The position numbers were made by a program, and so were the translations under genes. This document shows, one piece after another, positions 60,021 through 64,000 of a stretch of 64,000 nt of DNA (position 1 is its first letter; each line of letters opens with the position of its first letter). The notes under the pieces are model-generated. The model worked only from the letters and a program-made list of their open reading frames with translations. It searched no databases and was not told where the DNA came from. Source of the stretch: Mustelus asterias (lineage: Eukaryota); the NCBI RefSeq assembly GCF_964213995.1, contig NC_135809.1:23250001-23314000 (forward strand), read 5' to 3'.

Positions 60021-60314
60021 TGTGGTGAACCATCGTTGGTTCACCACTGGGGTTGTTATTGTGTTACTGTTGGGCTAGGGTGTTGTTGTTATGGGGGTTG
60101 TACTATGTTGTTGGGTTAGGGTGTTTACCTGTCCTAAGTGTTATCATGGCACACTCCAGTGGGGTCCCGCCTCCGGTGGCAGGGTATAAGACCCCCTGCT
60201 CCGGCAGGACCCCTTCAGTCTGAACGGGTGAATTTGTGTTAGTAGTTTCATTGTTAATGTATTAAAGCCTTCAGTTCTAAAGCCTTGTTTCCGGGTGCTC
60301 ATTGAGGTGCATCA
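60021..60314 (+). repeat. 3' LTR
   Basis: Follows the PPT; ends TGCATCA then TSD GCTAC. Confidence 0.95.
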
Positions 60315-61529
60315 GCTACCCAGTGTAATGCGTCATAAATTGATATTTTGTAATGGAACAATTGATCCTGGACTACATCTTCTGCCTCAGTAGGTGTCAG
60401 GTGTGGGGGAAATGTGGTAAAGTTACTCGAATACGCGCTTTGCTTCATTCCTGCTTCCCCCGCAGGTCAGTTTCTGTCGAAGGATGAGCGCTTGCTGAAG
60501 GAAAGACCAGGTCGGCAGTTTGCACTGCAGGAAAACTGGGGATGAGGCTAAGTCTCATCACCATCAGAAACGGGTTGATTGAACACTTGAACAAGTCTCA
60601 GTTGATCAAAGAGAGTCTTTGTAGATTTATGAAGGTTATATCTAACTAATCTAGTTGCAATTTATTTTGAGGGGGTCACTTTTGTTATGATCTCCGAAGA
60701 GATCAAGGGCTATGGGGAGAGAGCGGGTAAATGGAGTTGAAATCAACCATGATTGAATGGTGGAGTGGACTCGATGGGCCGAATGGCCTTACTTCCGCTC
60801 CTATGTCTTATGGTCTTATGGAGACCGATAACTTTCAAAGAGAGATTTGAACTTTCAGTTACTGGCTGAAAGAATGACATGGCAAAATTTCACTTTAACT
60901 GTAACAAATGACTAAAATTAGGATGAACCAAACATTTCTTATTATGGGCAACTCCCAAATGTCACGGCTCTGCCAGCTCCTCAAATGAGCAATGCACCAA
61001 GCACCATTCCCTCGCCTTCTCCCCATAACCCTGCACATTCTTCCTTTTCAGATAATCCAATTTCTTCTTGAACCTGCCTGCACCACATTCTCAGGCGGCA
61101 CATTCCTGATCTTAACCACTCACTACATTGAAAAGGTTTCTCCTCATGTCTCCACTGCTTCTGCCAATTACCTGCAATCTGACCTCTCAATATCAGTCAT
61201 AGAAGTTTACAGCATGAAAACAGGCCCTTCGACTCAACTTGTCTATGCCGCCCAGTGGCAACAGTTTTCCCCAATCTGTTCATGACTTCAAACGCCTCTT
61301 TTTCAAATCTCAATGATTAATGTGAAACACATTAACACTACATTCAGACTAAAGTGTTGTCCAGCTGTCTTTGACCCCAACTTTCTTGTATGTTAGAAGT
61401 AAATTGACAGTTTACAATACAACTGTTTACAACCCAGTACCTTCAACACCTTTCTAGGCCTTTGGGAGACTTGGAGTCTATTCATTATACACTCGAGAGA
61501 CTGCTGCCATTGTCTCCAAGTGTAAATAT

Positions 61530-63720
61530 AGGACAGGAAAATAGAAAAACTTGGTGGGAGTAGGCTCTGTTAATGAAGGATGAGTTGGGTACAGTAGTGA
61601 GTAATGATCTTGGTTGAGAAGATCAGAATATAGAATCAGTTTGGGTGAAGATAAGAAATGGCAATGGAATGAAGTTAATAGAGAGAGTGCCCCTACCAGT
61701 AACTACACTGTAGGATGGAGTATAAATCAAGACATAATGGGGGCTTGCAAGAAAGGTACTACAATAATCATGGGAAATTTTAATCTTCATATAGATTAGA
61801 CAAATCAAATTGGTAAAGGTAACCTGGGAGTTCATAGAGTCTAGGCTCTTAGAACAATACATAATGGAACCAACCTGGGAACAGGCAATTTTAGATCTGG
61901 CAATGTGTAATGAAACAAAATTTATTAGAGATAGTAAAGGATCCTCAAGGTAAAAATGATCATAATGTGATAGAACTTTGCATTCAATTTGATGGTGAGA
62001 AATCTGGGACTGAATCTAGTGTCAGAAACTTAAATAAAGGTAATTACAAGAGTATGAAGACTAAAGTGGAATGGGAAATGGGTTAAAAAGTAAGATGGTA
62101 GATGAGTGGTGGCAGGCATTAAAAAATATATTTCATAAATTTCAATAAAGATATAATGCATTAAGAAAGAAAGACTATCTGAGAAGGATGCACCATCCGT
62201 GGCTAACTAAAGAAGTTAAGGATGGTATCAAATTGAAAGGAAAGACGTACAATACTGCAAAGATTAGTGGTAAGCCAGAGACTGGAAAAATTTAGAAACC
62301 AGCAAAGGATGACTAAAATAAGAAAGGAGAAATTGAAGTATGAGAGATCTAGCACAGAATATAAAACAGACAGTAAAAGCTTCCACAGTAAAGAAAATAA
62401 TAGCAAAAGTGAGTGTTGGTCTCTTAAGGCAAGGCTGAGAAAGGTGGGGCCAAATGGGAAGGAGGAATATAAAACAATCATGATCACTGGGGAAAAACAT
62501 GCTGGTGATTCTAGAATGACTAATGGCCAGCATCCTAGGATCTCCAAGGAAATAGCAGCAGAGATAGTGGCTGCATTGGTTAGATCTTCAAAATTTCCTC
62601 GATTCTGGAAAAGTCCCAGCGGATTGAAAAAGCACAAATGTAACACCACTGATCCAGAAAGGAGGGAGACAGAAAGCGGGAAACAATTTGACAGTTAGTC
62701 TAATAATGCCATCGGGAAAATGCTAGAATTCATTATTAAGGAGTAATAGCAGGACATTTAGGAAATTGTAATGCAGAAACAACATGGTTTTGTGAAAGGA
62801 TAATTGTATTTGATAGATTTATTAGTGTCCTTTAAGGATGTAGCAAGCAGGGTGGATAAAGGGGAACCAGTAGATGTAGTGTATGTAGAATTGAAAAAGG
62901 TATACAATAAAGTGCCATATCAAAGGTTACAGAACAAGAGCACCTTGTATGGAGGGTGATATATTTATGTGGAAGGGGGATTGGCGAATTAACAGGAAAC
63001 AGTGTCAGGATAATTTCCAGGTTGACAAACTGTAACTTTTGGCTTGCTGCAAGGATCGGTGCTGGTGCCTCAACTATTTATGATCTATATTAATGACTTG
63101 GATGAAGAGACTGACTGTATTGTAGCCAAATTTGCATTGGCAGGTAGAAAAGTAAGTCGTGAGGAGCATACAAAGAATCTGCAAAGGAATATATACATAT
63201 AAATATAGGTAGTACAGAGAAGGTTCAGGAGGTTGATTCCTGGGAATGGAGGGATTGTCTTATGAGAAAAGGGTGAGCAGGTTGCACATTGGAGTTTAGC
63301 AGATGCGAAGTAATTTTTACTGAAATGTAGAAGGTTCTGAGGGGGCTTGACAGGATAGTGGATGTTCCCTCTTGTAGTGAAATCTAAAACTAGAAGGCGC
63401 CATTTAAAAATAATGGCTTTCCCATTTCAGACAGCGCTGAGGAGGAATTTTGTCTCTTTCGAATTCTATTCCCTAGAGAGCAGTGGGGGCTGGGTCAGTG
63501 AATATATTCAAAGCCGAGTCGAACAGATTTTTATCGACAAGAGAGGGGGCAGACAGGAAAGTGGGGTTGAGGCCACAATTTAAATCATTGATTGGTGGAG
63601 AATGCTTGATGGACAGAGTGGCCTACTACTCCTCTTATTATGATCTTAGGAGCACCCATGATTTAGTTGAATGGCAAACAGGCTCCAGGGGGTGAATGGC
63701 TACTCTTCTTCCCACATCTT
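61530..63720 (+). mobile_element. Old, heavily degenerate CR1 ORF2 plus 3' UTR
   Basis: IIMGNFNLHID; caaggatcggtgctggtgcct (QGSVL); attaatgacttggat; CR1 tail; short CR1 tails also at ~60700-60820 (+) and ~60980-61255 (-). Confidence 0.85.
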
Positions 63721-64000
63721 GGTGTACAGAGGCTGGCTGAGGAGGCCAGGCATTGCTTGGAGAGAGCCATATGCAAGGACTTTCAGACAAAAGTACTGCA
63801 GAGGTCTGGCCTGGTGAGAATACCTTGATTATATTTTATATTTGCAGGCAGTTAAGAAGCCGCCTTTTCCACTGCTGCAGCAGAGCTCCTGGGTCACTTC
63901 TGGTGTGAAATGCGTGAAGGTCCCCAGCAAAAGCAGACAAGCTCACTTACTGTATATTAGTGGCTCCAAAAATGGAAAATGGCCAGGTGCAGTGTGATGC

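Larger units (their letters stand above)
56984..60314 (+). mobile_element. Ty3/Gypsy (Mag-like) LTR retrotransposon, internally deleted and inverted, 3331 bp
   Basis: 294-bp TG...CA LTRs differing at 3 positions; TSD GCTAC (56979-56983 and 60315-60319); PPT AAAGGAGGGGTGAA at 60007-60020. Confidence 0.95.

Overview
Repeat-dense vertebrate genomic DNA, almost certainly an elasmobranch (shark or ray), judged from HE1-type V-SINEs, HER1/CR1 LINEs and a SacSINE1-like DeuSINE. The window holds the 3' half of an HMGA2 gene on the + strand: the end of intron 3, the 33-nt exon 4 (28055-28087, PQQEVQKKPAQ), a ~19.7-kb intron 4, and exon 5 (47769-47804, EEGEGTSTEED*). A ~2.8-kb 3' UTR follows, with no recognisable TE, seven let-7 seed matches and AATAAA at 50601. 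The rest is mostly CR1, L2, Rex1, RTE and Vingi LINE fragments, several SINE families, MITE-like elements, a 27-bp VNTR and a 148-N gap. Most notable: (1) five small fold-back Penelope-derived insertions with 11-15 bp TSDs, four retaining minimal hammerhead-ribozyme cores; (2) a young 3.3-kb Gypsy LTR element (56984-60314) with no tRNA PBS but a 14-nt leader perfectly complementary to its own LTR, lacking PR/RT, and with its RNaseH-integrase segment inverted so that ~230-bp inverted repeats form; (3) a tRNA-Met pseudogene abutting a CR1, SINE tail swapping, and non-autonomous Rex1 derivatives. TE boundaries were estimated by eye (about +/-20 bp unless a TSD is given), and family names come from recalled consensus features, not from database searches.
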